Source: a virus
Direction: 5' to 3' (one strand)
Length of the DNA: 64,000 nt
IMG/VR virus record: IMGVR_UViG_3300023440_000001
Coordinates: 64,001 to 128,000 of that record
Positions 8,818-19,265 of this stretch are shown here, piece by piece. A program made the position numbers and the translations under genes. The notes beneath the pieces are model-generated. The model did not search any database, was not told the origin of the DNA, and worked only from the letters and a program-made list of their open reading frames with translations. How positions within the stretch are numbered: the first letter of the stretch is position 1; the number at the start of each line of letters is the position of its first letter.

Positions 8818-9153
8818 ATGAAAGTTATAGACTTATCGCAGGCCAGCCCCCGAATGAAGAGACTCTTTGATAGTCTCTTCTCCAGAAGAGACTTTGTAGA
8901 TCGGGATGGAAAGATCTATCCTATCCGGCTGAAAACGTCCCGTGGGAAACCACTCCGCCATTATAAGATTAAAGGTTACACAGTTATTGAGCAGAATCCT
9001 AACACTCATACAGAGTTTGCACAGATGGCGAAAGAAGGATGGCGGATTATGTGGGTTATACCACCTTTATTATCCAGTGAAGACTGGATCTGTGTTATTG
9101 AACGAACCAAACTTAAGGAGGGCATAGATGTCAGAACCCATTCAGACATATGA
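8818..9153 (+). CDS. Hypothetical protein
   Basis: ORF in operon context. Confidence 0.7.
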   Translation: MKVIDLSQASPRMKRLFDSLFSRRDFVDRDGKIYPIRLKTSRGKPLRHYKIKGYTVIEQNPNTHTEFAQMAKEGWRIMWVIPPLLSSEDWICVIERTKLKEGIDVRTHSDI

Positions 9154-9412
9154 AGATCCTTTGAATGGCGCCATTAATGAGATTATTAGTGCCATGAGTG
9201 CTCTGCATATGTATCCTAGCCCCAATAAAGGCTTTGACTTCTCCAGTTATCAACAATCCATCTTTCTGTCAGAGATTGATAGCTGGGCAGCACATTCTCT
9301 TGAGCATATGCATATGGCCATTCAGCTGATCAATCAGTATATAATGGAGCAGTATCGTATTCGGCTGAAGGAAAAGATTGATAGAGCCTTAGATATGGAG
9401 GAAGTAGAATGA
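9128..9412 (+). CDS. Hypothetical protein
   Basis: AAGGAG SD. Confidence 0.7.
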   Translation: MSEPIQTYEDPLNGAINEIISAMSALHMYPSPNKGFDFSSYQQSIFLSEIDSWAAHSLEHMHMAIQLINQYIMEQYRIRLKEKIDRALDMEEVE

Positions 9413-10203
9413 TAGTAATTGGTATTAGTGGTAAAGCAGAGTCCGGAAAGGACACCTTTATGAAGCTGGTTATCGAGAAGTATGAAGAGATAACCGGCAA
9501 TAAGCTGGTATATGAACAAGTTCGTTTTGCTGACAAACTTAAAGAAGCAGCTGCTCTTATATTCGGATTGACATGGAATGAGATGGAGACACCGGAGGGG
9601 AAACGACAGAAGCTTTACCATTTCCCTGTGAGTCCCAATCCCCGTCCCGGTAGCTATCGAGATATATGGGGGTGGATTCGTTACTTCTGGAAACGATTGC
9701 ATGGTGTAAAAGACATTGAACGATATCTTACTCCCAGAGAGATATTGCAGCGCCTGGGAACAGATGTGGCTCGCAATATCTATCCCAACATCTGGGTCTG
9801 GAATGTTATGAAAACACTGGATCATCTGGCGAAGTTTGGTGTCAAAGACGCTCATCAGGTGGAAGGTAAAACGAACCGTCGATATGTAGATGTGGTCTTT
9901 GTTACGGATGTACGCTTTCCAAATGAACTAAAGGCTCTGAAAGAGTCCGGTGCTACAATGGTTCGTCTGGAACGACCCGGCCACGTAATTCCACAACATA
10001 ATCATCCATCGGAAACCGCTCTGGATAAGTACCTGGATCAGTTCAACTATGTATTTGCCTGCCGTGATATAGAAGAGCTGTCTGATGCGGCTCATCGTTT
10101 TGCTCTGCAATTGGCCTCGGAACTGGATATAATTGTTGGTCTTGATATGCTCGGCTTTGATCTTGACAGTATTGTGACAGATAGAAGTCTATCTTCATTT
10201 TAA
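9409..10203 (+). CDS. Deoxynucleoside monophosphate kinase
   Basis: GISGKAESGKDT, FADKLK, PREILQRLGTD, TDVRFPNE, HPSE. Confidence 0.92.
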   Translation: MIVIGISGKAESGKDTFMKLVIEKYEEITGNKLVYEQVRFADKLKEAAALIFGLTWNEMETPEGKRQKLYHFPVSPNPRPGSYRDIWGWIRYFWKRLHGVKDIERYLTPREILQRLGTDVARNIYPNIWVWNVMKTLDHLAKFGVKDAHQVEGKTNRRYVDVVFVTDVRFPNELKALKESGATMVRLERPGHVIPQHNHPSETALDKYLDQFNYVFACRDIEELSDAAHRFALQLASELDIIVGLDMLGFDLDSIVTDRSLSSF

Positions 10204-10213
10204 GATAACAGGA

Positions 10214-11929
10214 GTGTGGAAAATGAGAACCCTAACTGATGAAGATAAACAGCAAATGTGGGACCAGTTTGAAAGGTCTCTGAAGACAACGACCCGGTTA
10301 GGTATTAACTCAGATATTCCGCGAGTCTTTAGTCTATTCTCCAATCATCGACCAGAACTGGTGGATACAAGGCTGCTGCCATTTGAAGTCAACAATTGTG
10401 TTATCACAAGTAATATCAACTGGGATGCATCACATAAGGTCTTTTGGCTGCCACTATTTACACTTAAGGATGCTTGTTTGTCCGGATTCATTTATGAGTT
10501 TGAATACCCGCTGAGTGTTGTCTTCCTGTTCGAGTCTGGTCCCGATGGAGAGTGGAAGTTTATTGACAACTATGACTTTGATGGCGTACTGAGTAATAAA
10601 GAGATCGCCAGTGATATTGCGTCAATTGTACAGTATAGGTGTGAGTCAAATACAGGTTCAGTGCAGTTGCATAAGGCTTTTGATAATATGGTCTCCAGAT
10701 ATCTGAAGGTGTATATAGAGCCATATGTGGTTGAAGCTATAAGAAACAAGATGGGCCGCAGCATAGCTAGATCATGTCGAAAGTTAATAATGAAGACCCT
10801 GATGAACTATCGCAATTACTGGGGATATCGTGAGCTATTTCATCAACATGAAGCTCGATGGAAGGCAAATCCCAGACTATACCGAGAGCTCTATAGTTGT
10901 TTGATTGGTATTGCTCCAACCGCCTTTGAACAGATTGCACAAAGTGGTCCTTCTTTCTATGCCTTCTATTTAGCTTACGATGTTATATGCGGATACGTTA
11001 AGAAGAGCCCATCGCCGCGATGGTGGAGAGTTCTCTCCAGACGTATAAAGTCTACTGACTATAAGTATCTACTTTCTAATCGTGCTTCATTGGGAAGTAT
11101 TTATGTGTGTGAGGGGAATGGATATTATGAACTGATATCCGATAAGAAGCTGAAAGACATCCTGAATGTTAGTGCTTCTGATCGTTATCGAATGACGTTT
11201 GTTCTTTATCGTACCTTACATGACTATTCTCTATTGAAAAGAGTAACCCTGAAGGAAGAATCACTGGCGAGAGTGTCTCGATATGCTCGCTCACTATTTC
11301 GTATTCGCGCTCGTTACTATAGAGTCTGGGAATATGTTGATCATTACTTGAGAGACACTCAGTCTATTGTTCAGTCTTTAATTGATAGCAAGGGAAGTGT
11401 TACTGCTGACAAAGATGTTCATGTTCTGATTAAGGAGGTATTGCAGTTATTTGGTGAGTTGATAGCTTCATCGTCCTTACTGACTCGTCTACGTCTGGCA
11501 GCACGAATACATCATATTCATCGTGAGATACAGCTGAAAACTAACCCAGTACCGGAACGTCCTATGTTCCCATTGATTCCAGCCCTGGAGTCTCTACGGG
11601 AGTACTGGTTACCCACTACAACTCATCTGGTTGAACGTGGCATGGATTATAATCACTGTCTGGCAACGTTTATAGATACAGCCGATAAACCCTACTGGTA
11701 TTTTGATTATAAGACCGCAGTCGCTCAGGTGGAATATGATGAGAAAACCGAGAAGCTGGTTCTTGTTCAATGCCATGGCCCCGGTAATAGAGAGACCCAC
11801 GAATCAAGAAAGCTGTCTCAAATGATTCGTAGTCTGATTCGTCGAGCAGGTAAAGTAACTGACCAGATTATCGAAGCAAGCGAGTGTCTCAATGATAGTA
11901 ATGATATTCAATTAAAGAAGGTTGGATAA
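10214..11929 (+). CDS. PcfJ-like domain protein
   Basis: C-terminal ERGMDYNHCLATF...VQCHGPGN motif. Confidence 0.7.
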   Translation: MWKMRTLTDEDKQQMWDQFERSLKTTTRLGINSDIPRVFSLFSNHRPELVDTRLLPFEVNNCVITSNINWDASHKVFWLPLFTLKDACLSGFIYEFEYPLSVVFLFESGPDGEWKFIDNYDFDGVLSNKEIASDIASIVQYRCESNTGSVQLHKAFDNMVSRYLKVYIEPYVVEAIRNKMGRSIARSCRKLIMKTLMNYRNYWGYRELFHQHEARWKANPRLYRELYSCLIGIAPTAFEQIAQSGPSFYAFYLAYDVICGYVKKSPSPRWWRVLSRRIKSTDYKYLLSNRASLGSIYVCEGNGYYELISDKKLKDILNVSASDRYRMTFVLYRTLHDYSLLKRVTLKEESLARVSRYARSLFRIRARYYRVWEYVDHYLRDTQSIVQSLIDSKGSVTADKDVHVLIKEVLQLFGELIASSSLLTRLRLAARIHHIHREIQLKTNPVPERPMFPLIPALESLREYWLPTTTHLVERGMDYNHCLATFIDTADKPYWYFDYKTAVAQVEYDEKTEKLVLVQCHGPGNRETHESRKLSQMIRSLIRRAGKVTDQIIEASECLNDSNDIQLKKVG

Positions 11930-11948
11930 GTCCAACGGAGGGTAAGAG

Positions 11949-13067
11949 ATGTTAAAGGTTCAAGAGTTCTTGAGTGAAAACAGTCTGGATGACTTAAAGG
12001 AACGTTATGCGATCAAGATTAAACGTCATCCCTACTTCCAGAATCTGGTTCACTTTTCTTATGATATGCTGAATTCGCCCCTGGGTGAACCCATTGTTCA
12101 GGAATGTCGTGGTCTGATTCTTGATCAGGATGATAACTGGAAGGTAGTGGCATTTCCATATAGGAAGTTCTTCAATTATGGTGAACCACATGCCGCTCAG
12201 ATTGACTGGAACAGTGCCCAGGTATTTGAGAAACTGGATGGTACGCTGATCATACTGTATAAGTACGATGGTGTATGGCATGTGGCAACCACTGGCACAC
12301 CTGACGCAGGTACCAATGTAAACGGATTTGGCTTCAGCTTTAGTGATCTGTTCTGGAGAGTATGGGATGGGTATCGATACCCGCTTCCGGAAGGAATGGA
12401 TGATTATACGTTCATGTTTGAGTTGATGACACCCTATAATCAGGTTGTAGTTCGTCAAAATGGAAATCGTATTGTTCTACATGGAATGCGAAATAACCAT
12501 ACCCTGGAAGAAGAGAATCCCCGTCTGGCAGCGGCACTATTCAGATATGAATGTGTTCGCTCGTTCGACTTCCATTCCATAGATGAAGTTGTTGCCGCTG
12601 CGGAAGAACTGGACTTTCAGAAGCAGGAAGGCTTTGTGATAGTCGATGCCTATTATAATCGCTTGAAGGTGAAGAACCCCAAGTATGTCTTCTATCATCA
12701 CATCAAGTCCAGTTTCTCTATAAAGAAGGCTGTGGACATTATCCGTAAGGGTGAGTCAGCGGAGTTCATTTCCTACTTTCCGGAGCTGGCGGAAATGGTG
12801 CATCGAATTGAGCAACGCTATGATGAACTAGTTCATCGAGCTAACGGCCTTTATGAGCTCTATAAAGACATTGAATCCGACAAAGAGTTTGCCCGGTATG
12901 CTCTACAACATGATGTTGCTCACGTTCTGTTTGCACTTCGACATGGTAAGGCGCGCTCCCCTCAAGAGTTCTTAAAACACGTTCATATGGATGCTATTAT
13001 GCGCCTTCTTCAGGTCCAGGACCTCGAAAGTCAACTGCTTAATTTAAACACGGAGGATCTATCTTGA
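11949..13067 (+). CDS. T4 Rnl1-type RNA ligase
   Basis: ECRGLI, KFFN, EKLDGT (adenylated Lys), FEL, EGFVI, KVKN. Confidence 0.93.
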   Translation: MLKVQEFLSENSLDDLKERYAIKIKRHPYFQNLVHFSYDMLNSPLGEPIVQECRGLILDQDDNWKVVAFPYRKFFNYGEPHAAQIDWNSAQVFEKLDGTLIILYKYDGVWHVATTGTPDAGTNVNGFGFSFSDLFWRVWDGYRYPLPEGMDDYTFMFELMTPYNQVVVRQNGNRIVLHGMRNNHTLEEENPRLAAALFRYECVRSFDFHSIDEVVAAAEELDFQKQEGFVIVDAYYNRLKVKNPKYVFYHHIKSSFSIKKAVDIIRKGESAEFISYFPELAEMVHRIEQRYDELVHRANGLYELYKDIESDKEFARYALQHDVAHVLFALRHGKARSPQEFLKHVHMDAIMRLLQVQDLESQLLNLNTEDLS

Positions 13068-13939
13068 ATCTGTCCAAAGTCATTCTCATGCTAAAAGGTT
13101 TACCAGCATCTGGTAAATCTACCTGGGCTAAAGAGCAAATAGATGAGCATCCCGGTCGATTCAAACGGGTCAACAAAGATGATCTGCGGGCAATGCTGGA
13201 TAACTCCCGCTGGTCAAGGGCTAATGAGAAGTTCGTTCTGAAGGTGCGCGACTTTATCGTCTCTCAGGCGTTGGAAGATGGATATTCGGTTATTGTTGAC
13301 GATACCAATCTCCATCCCAGACATGAGATCCGCCTGAAGGAGATTGCTCGTGAAAAGAAGGCTGATTTCGAAGTCAAGGAGTTTACGGATGTTCCTATTG
13401 AAGAGTGTATCAAGCGAGATCTGAAACGTCCTAACTCGGTTGGTCCGGATGTCATTCGACAAATGGCTCGACAGTTCAACTTGTTACAAAAGCGACCGGT
13501 ACCGGAGCATATCCCGGATCTTCCTACGGCAATAATCTGTGATCTGGACGGAACACTGGCTCTACTAAATGGTCGCAATCCTTATGACGCTTCTGACTGT
13601 GTGAACGACCTGTTAAACAGGCCAGTGGCTCAGCTGCTTAAAACCATTTGCAGAAGCCGTCCGGAAGTAAAGATCCTTCTGGTTTCAGGTCGTGAACAGA
13701 AGTATATGCATCAGACCTGGGACTGGTTAGAAAAGCATGATATTCCCTATGATTACTTGTTCATGCGTTGTACGGGTGATACTCGTAAGGACGCGATCAT
13801 TAAACGAGAGATCTATGATTACTATATACGGAATCAGTTTAATGTCTGGTTTGTACTGGATGATCGCCGTCAAGTAGTTGAGATGTGGCGCGACGAACTG
13901 GGTCTCCCGGTCTTTCAGGTAGACTGGGGTGAGTTCTAA
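13064..13939 (+). CDS. pseT: Polynucleotide 5'-kinase/3'-phosphatase (PseT/Pnkp)
   Basis: GLPASGKST, DDTN, HAD motif DLDGT, DDR. Confidence 0.93.
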   Translation: MNLSKVILMLKGLPASGKSTWAKEQIDEHPGRFKRVNKDDLRAMLDNSRWSRANEKFVLKVRDFIVSQALEDGYSVIVDDTNLHPRHEIRLKEIAREKKADFEVKEFTDVPIEECIKRDLKRPNSVGPDVIRQMARQFNLLQKRPVPEHIPDLPTAIICDLDGTLALLNGRNPYDASDCVNDLLNRPVAQLLKTICRSRPEVKILLVSGREQKYMHQTWDWLEKHDIPYDYLFMRCTGDTRKDAIIKREIYDYYIRNQFNVWFVLDDRRQVVEMWRDELGLPVFQVDWGEF

Positions 13940-14044
13940 CTCATTATACAGAAGTAATGATTTGGAGGATTGTGTTGAAGAAAGGGTATACGTTGATTCA
14001 GTGGATCCGAAAGAGATATCATAATACTAGAGGAGGAATGTTGT

Positions 14045-14272
14045 ATGAAAGCTATACTGGAGTTTGATCTACCAGATGATCAGGATCAATTTAATGTAGC
14101 CAGTCGAGCTATGAATTGGGCTCTGGTGGTATGGGCGCTAGATGGCTACCTGCGAGATCGTATTAAGTATACGGAACTACCAGAAATAGTATTAGATGCT
14201 CTCGAAGATGTTCGTGATCACTTATTTGATCTAATGAGTGACTATGGTGTTACCTTTGATGACTTTCATTGA
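14045..14272 (+). CDS. Small hypothetical phage protein
   Basis: GAGGAGG SD. Confidence 0.75.
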   Translation: MKAILEFDLPDDQDQFNVASRAMNWALVVWALDGYLRDRIKYTELPEIVLDALEDVRDHLFDLMSDYGVTFDDFH

Positions 14273-14293
14273 TGACTATAGGAGTAAACTGCT

Positions 14294-15010
14294 ATGTATT
14301 CTATTGTCAATGGAACATATTGTTATATCTGTCAAAAGGACTTCACCGAACATGTTATATCTCTGGGTCCGGACTTCATGGGATTCCATGAAATGATGCA
14401 TATGAAGCACATGGCCCGGATTCTGTATCGGCTGGATCGGTTAAATAGAGATATTGCAGAATGTGCTAATTGCTCACTGTGCAAAGATCGGAACTCGGTT
14501 GTTCCTGGTTCCGGCAATATCTACCGTCCAGACATTATGTTCATCGGTGAAGCGCCCGGTCAGGATGAAGATGAAACCGGCATCCCCTTTGTCGGTCGGG
14601 CCGGTAAGCTGCTGACTAAGATGATCAGGGCACTGGGTTATGAACGACACGAAGTGTTTATTACTAACGTCGTTAAATGTCGCCCGCCTAATAACAGGGA
14701 TCCTCGACCGGAAGAGCGGCTCAGCTGCTCAATATTCCTGGAGACGCAGATATCCCTCATTCAGCCATATGTAATTGTCACTCTGGGATTGCCGGCGGCA
14801 AAGGCCATTATTGGACTGCCGGAAGAGACCCGGATGGGTGACGTACGTGGTAAGCTATATGACTATGCAGAAACGCCGGTTATTCCTACTTATCACCCGG
14901 CATATCTACTGCGTAACCCTGGTGCAAAGAAGACTGTCTGGAATGATCTACAGACAGCTATGGAACAGATTAAGATTGCCAAAGGAGAATCCAATGGAAG
15001 CAACTATTAA
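14294..15010 (+). CDS. Uracil-DNA glycosylase family 4 (Fe-S)
   Basis: CANCSLC, GEAPG, PFVG, NVVKCRPP, HPA. Confidence 0.95.
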   Translation: MYSIVNGTYCYICQKDFTEHVISLGPDFMGFHEMMHMKHMARILYRLDRLNRDIAECANCSLCKDRNSVVPGSGNIYRPDIMFIGEAPGQDEDETGIPFVGRAGKLLTKMIRALGYERHEVFITNVVKCRPPNNRDPRPEERLSCSIFLETQISLIQPYVIVTLGLPAAKAIIGLPEETRMGDVRGKLYDYAETPVIPTYHPAYLLRNPGAKKTVWNDLQTAMEQIKIAKGESNGSNY

Positions 15011-15566
15011 GATCAATCTGAACCTGGTTCAGTGTGAATCACTGGAACAGGCCAGAGCGCTGATAAATGAGTTTGTACGGGTTATTAGTGATGTTGAAGT
15101 TCACTCTGTTAAGGATGGTGTGTTAAGCATGTACGGAGCGGAACTTGTCGAAGTCTCGGATAAGCTGGATGTTCTGTTAAATAACGACATGTCCGAAGTG
15201 TATAAAGATGCATTAATTCGTATACACGATCTGGCTCTGGGTTATGATGGTGCGACAACAAAGGAAGCACTGGAGCATCTGATTGATGAACTGCGTATGT
15301 TATCGATTCTGGCCTATAACGAAGTCGATCTGCGAGTTTTGTTTCATAGCTTGACCGAGGATGAACGCAAGGAGTTTAATCGGCTTTATGAACATGCTAA
15401 ACGGGTAGGCAGAATAGAGTCAGTTGATGACTATTACTATTTATTAACCTGGTTTGTCAAGCAGAAGCGTCCTAATCTGTGGATCCGTCCCTATCTATTA
15501 GAAGTATTGGAACGAGATTATGGCGACCTGATTAATGAAGCTTTCTTGCAGGAGGATCAAGTATGA
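14994..15566 (+). CDS. Hypothetical protein
   Basis: AAGGAG SD before MEATIK. Confidence 0.75.
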   Translation: MEATIKINLNLVQCESLEQARALINEFVRVISDVEVHSVKDGVLSMYGAELVEVSDKLDVLLNNDMSEVYKDALIRIHDLALGYDGATTKEALEHLIDELRMLSILAYNEVDLRVLFHSLTEDERKEFNRLYEHAKRVGRIESVDDYYYLLTWFVKQKRPNLWIRPYLLEVLERDYGDLINEAFLQEDQV

Positions 15567-15654
15567 AGACATTAAGTATATCCGTTTCCATCTAAACGGA
15601 TCGAAGCAGTGCTTGAAAAGGTTGAAGAGCGATTTAGTGAATAAATAAGGAGAT

Positions 15655-16224
15655 ATGTATATGAGCTATAAATGGATCGTCGTTGAAAAGATGCGCCGTG
15701 GTGCCAAACAGCTGATAGATGAAGTATTTGAGACCCGCGGGGATGCAGAGCTTGCCCTGCGTAACCTGAAGGATCCGTCAAAAGCCCGTATTAAACGGAT
15801 TACCGATTCAGCTGAAGCCGGTGATGCTACTACATATAATGATATAGACGCTGCTGGCGCAGTTAGGTCTATTGGCAGAACCCCGGCTTGTAATAACTGC
15901 TGGTGGAATCTGTTGATTCAATTCCCCAGGGATGATGGCAATCACCAGGCAGCTTTGATTGCCTGCGAATACTGTACTAAGGAAACTCCACGTGGTAGGG
16001 GTAAGAAACGACTGCCGGCATTCAGCAATTTCAACCCGATTACCAACCTTCGCATCTACAAATGGACGGTTGAAGTTCTTCAGGCAATCCAAGAGAAGGT
16101 TACCGGGAAGCGCAAAACGTATATTCCCAAATCAACACCTAAACCCAGTAAAGTATCCAGCGATGATAGCCTTCTGCTGGATGTCTTTGAGAAGAGTAAG
16201 GAAGAGTTAATCAAAGAACTGTGA
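15655..16224 (+). CDS. Hypothetical protein with CxxC pairs
   Basis: AAGGAG SD; CNNC, CEYC. Confidence 0.75.
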   Translation: MYMSYKWIVVEKMRRGAKQLIDEVFETRGDAELALRNLKDPSKARIKRITDSAEAGDATTYNDIDAAGAVRSIGRTPACNNCWWNLLIQFPRDDGNHQAALIACEYCTKETPRGRGKKRLPAFSNFNPITNLRIYKWTVEVLQAIQEKVTGKRKTYIPKSTPKPSKVSSDDSLLLDVFEKSKEELIKEL

Positions 16225-16886
16225 GGTCTTATATGAACAGCCCGCTTGTTTATATCATTCATCCTGTTACTAACGTTACACCGGAGAAACGCGCCCGTGC
16301 CCTGGAGCTGGCCACTCTACTGGAAGAAGTTGGCGCTCAGGTGTACCTGCCGGGTAGAGATACCGATCAGGGGCAGGCTCCGGCTGATATTGTTAAAGCC
16401 AATCTGGGTGCCATTCTGGGAGCCAGCATGATCTTTGTCATCTTTGATGAACACTCCAAGGGTGGCTTCTTCGACCTGGGTGCCGCCATGCTAACCCGGA
16501 CACCTATCTATGGAATTGCCAGTGATCGGAAATGGGATGGTCAGGACTTTTACCGTCAGCTGGTTAATCATATGTTTGCCAGTATGGATGAGTTAAAGGC
16601 TACTCTAAAAGATGAGAACAGTGAGATACGACAAAGACTGCAACGATATATGAGTGATAACTCCAACCTGTCGGTCTTTGACTATTATGAGTTTATGGAT
16701 CGTCTTTCCCTTCTGATTGATCGAGTGGACGATGATCTGCTCTGTCATCAGGTGTGTGTATATCATTCGTCATTGGCACAGTTGCTCAACTTTCAGTTGC
16801 AGCTAATGGAGATATCCTATCAGCGTGCCGGACATTTGTTTAGTGAAGCCTACAGGAGAATGAAAGATGAAAGAAGTAAAGGGTGA
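16221..16886 (+). CDS. Nucleoside 2-deoxyribosyltransferase-like protein
   Basis: VYIIHP, VYLPG, S.GGFFDLGAA..P motif order typical of the NDT fold. Confidence 0.7.
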   Translation: MRSYMNSPLVYIIHPVTNVTPEKRARALELATLLEEVGAQVYLPGRDTDQGQAPADIVKANLGAILGASMIFVIFDEHSKGGFFDLGAAMLTRTPIYGIASDRKWDGQDFYRQLVNHMFASMDELKATLKDENSEIRQRLQRYMSDNSNLSVFDYYEFMDRLSLLIDRVDDDLLCHQVCVYHSSLAQLLNFQLQLMEISYQRAGHLFSEAYRRMKDERSKG

Positions 16887-17298
16887 TATCTGGAAACGAT
16901 CCGGAGATGTGCGCGTTATTACCACCAATGGTTATGTTAAGCGTAACGGTGAAGCTGTTATGGGTCGCGGTGTTGCATTGCAAGCGGCCCGAAGATACCA
17001 GTGGTTACCAAAGGCACTGGGTGAGAAGCTGCTAGAAGAAGGTAACCATGTCCATCTATTTAATACTCCCCATGGCGCTCTGGTTACCTATCCGGTTAAG
17101 TATAACTGGTGGCAAGCAGCTGATCCGGAACTAATTGAACGATCAGCAAAAGAGTTGATTGTACTTACCAATGAACAGGGATGGCAACAGGTATTAATGG
17201 TCCGTCCAGGCTGCGGTAATGGGCAGCTGACCTGGGATGTAGTTAAACCCATCCTTGTTCCCCTTCTGGATGACCGCTTTATCATAGTCGAAAGGTAA
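16867..17298 (+). CDS. Macrodomain (ADP-ribose hydrolase, TARG1/DarG-like)
   Basis: GDIW, ITTNG, VMGRGVA, YPVK, PGCGNGQL.W. Confidence 0.88.
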   Translation: MKEVKGDIWKRSGDVRVITTNGYVKRNGEAVMGRGVALQAARRYQWLPKALGEKLLEEGNHVHLFNTPHGALVTYPVKYNWWQAADPELIERSAKELIVLTNEQGWQQVLMVRPGCGNGQLTWDVVKPILVPLLDDRFIIVER

Positions 17299-17303
17299 GG
17301 GTT

Positions 17304-17492
17304 ATGAGTCTACCACAATGGCTAAAGGATAAGGTTCACATCAAAGTTGATAATAATGATCAGATTTCACTCGATGAACTCAAAAGCTTTGTCGAACGGG
17401 TTCAACGTTGTACCGTCTACCGGCGGGATCAGGATAGTATTATCGCCCATGCTATCCGTCAGCTGGTAGGTGATAATACAATTAACAATTAA
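17304..17492 (+). CDS. Hypothetical protein
   Basis: Small ORF in operon. Confidence 0.55.
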   Translation: MSLPQWLKDKVHIKVDNNDQISLDELKSFVERVQRCTVYRRDQDSIIAHAIRQLVGDNTINN

Positions 17493-17505
17493 GTGATATG
17501 GAGGA

Positions 17506-18141
17506 ATGACCATGCATTCTTTATATCTGTTTATACTGGATGATATCAAGAAGGACAGCAGCGCGAAAGATATATCTGCTCGCTTTGAAGAGCTGTATGT
17601 AGATGATTATTGTGACGAGAACAACTGGTATCAGGAAGAAGTGTTTGTGCACCGGGATGGTACTGTTGTTCCTATGTGCCCGGCTGACGATTACCGTGGT
17701 CGTGATACTTTTGCCAGGGAGCTGGAATCAATGAAACCGGATGAGCGTATCCCATATTTGCTCACCCTGGCCATGAAAATGACCGCTGGTGACATAGGTC
17801 TCTTTAATGCTTCCAATTTGTCTCTGGTTGAGAATGAAGGAGATCGTAAGATCAACTCTCTCAGTCGAGCTGAGTTGATCAAGATCGTTGAAGATAACCA
17901 TGAAGTGCTGATCATTGCCCCTATGAAAGATGATAGTATTCCCGGGTTCCTGCGGTTCTGGAGAACAAAGAAGAACGTCGGCATCATCGAAGCATTCATG
18001 GATTCCAATATTAAACCGTTTGGTATTTATCCTACCACACCTTACGATGGCCCCCGCTGTTTCGATCTTCGAAGCGATCCGAAAGTTGCGGATCAGATTT
18101 CCGAAGGTGAAGGCATTCTGGCCGTCGATATTCATACTTAA
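17506..18141 (+). CDS. Hypothetical protein
   Basis: GGAGG SD, 211 aa ending VDIHT. Confidence 0.8.
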   Translation: MTMHSLYLFILDDIKKDSSAKDISARFEELYVDDYCDENNWYQEEVFVHRDGTVVPMCPADDYRGRDTFARELESMKPDERIPYLLTLAMKMTAGDIGLFNASNLSLVENEGDRKINSLSRAELIKIVEDNHEVLIIAPMKDDSIPGFLRFWRTKKNVGIIEAFMDSNIKPFGIYPTTPYDGPRCFDLRSDPKVADQISEGEGILAVDIHT

Positions 18142-18155
18142 TCGGAGGAACTCCC

Positions 18156-18485
18156 ATGTTTACTATATGCTGGCAAGAACTATCTGAAGTAAACGGTAAG
18201 GATGTATTTGTTGATCATTGGGAAAGATATGAAGATCTGGATTCCGTTAAGCAACTGATCGAGGATCTGGAAGAGAGAGGACTTGACCCGGACTTTGATA
18301 TACTGATCCTGGCACCTGATAGTGAACTTTCTGTCGAAGATATCCGCGCTCTGGAAATCGGTCGTGCCATTATGGAGGAGGCGGACTTCCTGGATATCAA
18401 CCTGATGGAAGGTCAAATTGAACACCAACTGGGTTCCATCTATGTAAATGATGTCTATATTTCAATCCTACCTGTAGAAGGATAG
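18156..18485 (+). CDS. Acidic hypothetical protein
   Basis: GGAGG SD. Confidence 0.75.
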   Translation: MFTICWQELSEVNGKDVFVDHWERYEDLDSVKQLIEDLEERGLDPDFDILILAPDSELSVEDIRALEIGRAIMEEADFLDINLMEGQIEHQLGSIYVNDVYISILPVEG

Positions 18486-18488
18486 GGA

Positions 18489-18553
18489 GTGACTGTCAGT
18501 CTACACTGTTGCTGTTCATTCACTCCCTACACCCAATAGCATTTCACTATATT
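18489..18553 (+). promoter_or_regulatory. Palindrome-box-(-10) element, copy 3
   Basis: GACTG-T-CAGTCTAC, N13, ATTCACTCCC at 18518, TATATT at 18548. Confidence 0.8.
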
Positions 18554-18579
18554 CAGCCTGAATGATGGGGGTAAACTGA

Positions 18580-18972
18580 ATGAAGGATAAAGACTTTGAC
18601 TTTGAAGTGCACGTGAAGAAACCTGATAAGTTGATAATGACGTACTACCCGAATGGTGAGAAGAATGAGAAGGATCGTATTGAGTTTCAGATCACATTCC
18701 CGAAAGAGTACAGGCGTCTGCTGGAAGATGCCAACTTTCTGGAAGGAACTCAGGCACTGATACTACACCTGATTTCTACTCTGGAACTTCAAATGAATGA
18801 AAACGAGTTCCTACCGGAGCTCATTGAGATCGCATCCCTGCGGGAGGTACTCTATAACAAAACACTGGAGATCATCCAGGAAGCAATTGATAAGCACCTG
18901 AGCAATTCTATCTATAGTGCGATCCCCAAGAACCAGCGTTACAATAACTTCTTACTGGAGATTGTCCAATGA
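18580..18972 (+). CDS. Hypothetical protein
   Basis: First gene after element copy 3. Confidence 0.75.
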   Translation: MKDKDFDFEVHVKKPDKLIMTYYPNGEKNEKDRIEFQITFPKEYRRLLEDANFLEGTQALILHLISTLELQMNENEFLPELIEIASLREVLYNKTLEIIQEAIDKHLSNSIYSAIPKNQRYNNFLLEIVQ

Positions 18973-19265
18973 CGGAAGTTGCTATCAACTCTCAGCTGTT
19001 CTTAAACTACATACAGGGTGCGGTACGACATTTAATTGCCGCCACCATGATAGAAGATCGGATTTCTAAATCCGACGCTATTAGTAAGGTAGAGGGACAG
19101 ATAGTTGATCTGCTCCGTAAAGAAGGACTGCGCATACTTGGTTCAGCCGATATTAACCTTATAGAAGATGCCAGTCGTCAGGTGTTTAAAGGCTCCTCAC
19201 TGAAGATCGTCGAGGAGATATTTAACTCAATCAAGGAGTATGCTCATGAAGAAGCTAGTTCTTAA
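18969..19265 (+). CDS. Hypothetical protein
   Basis: ATGA overlap, SD. Confidence 0.75.
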   Translation: MTEVAINSQLFLNYIQGAVRHLIAATMIEDRISKSDAISKVEGQIVDLLRKEGLRILGSADINLIEDASRQVFKGSSLKIVEEIFNSIKEYAHEEASS

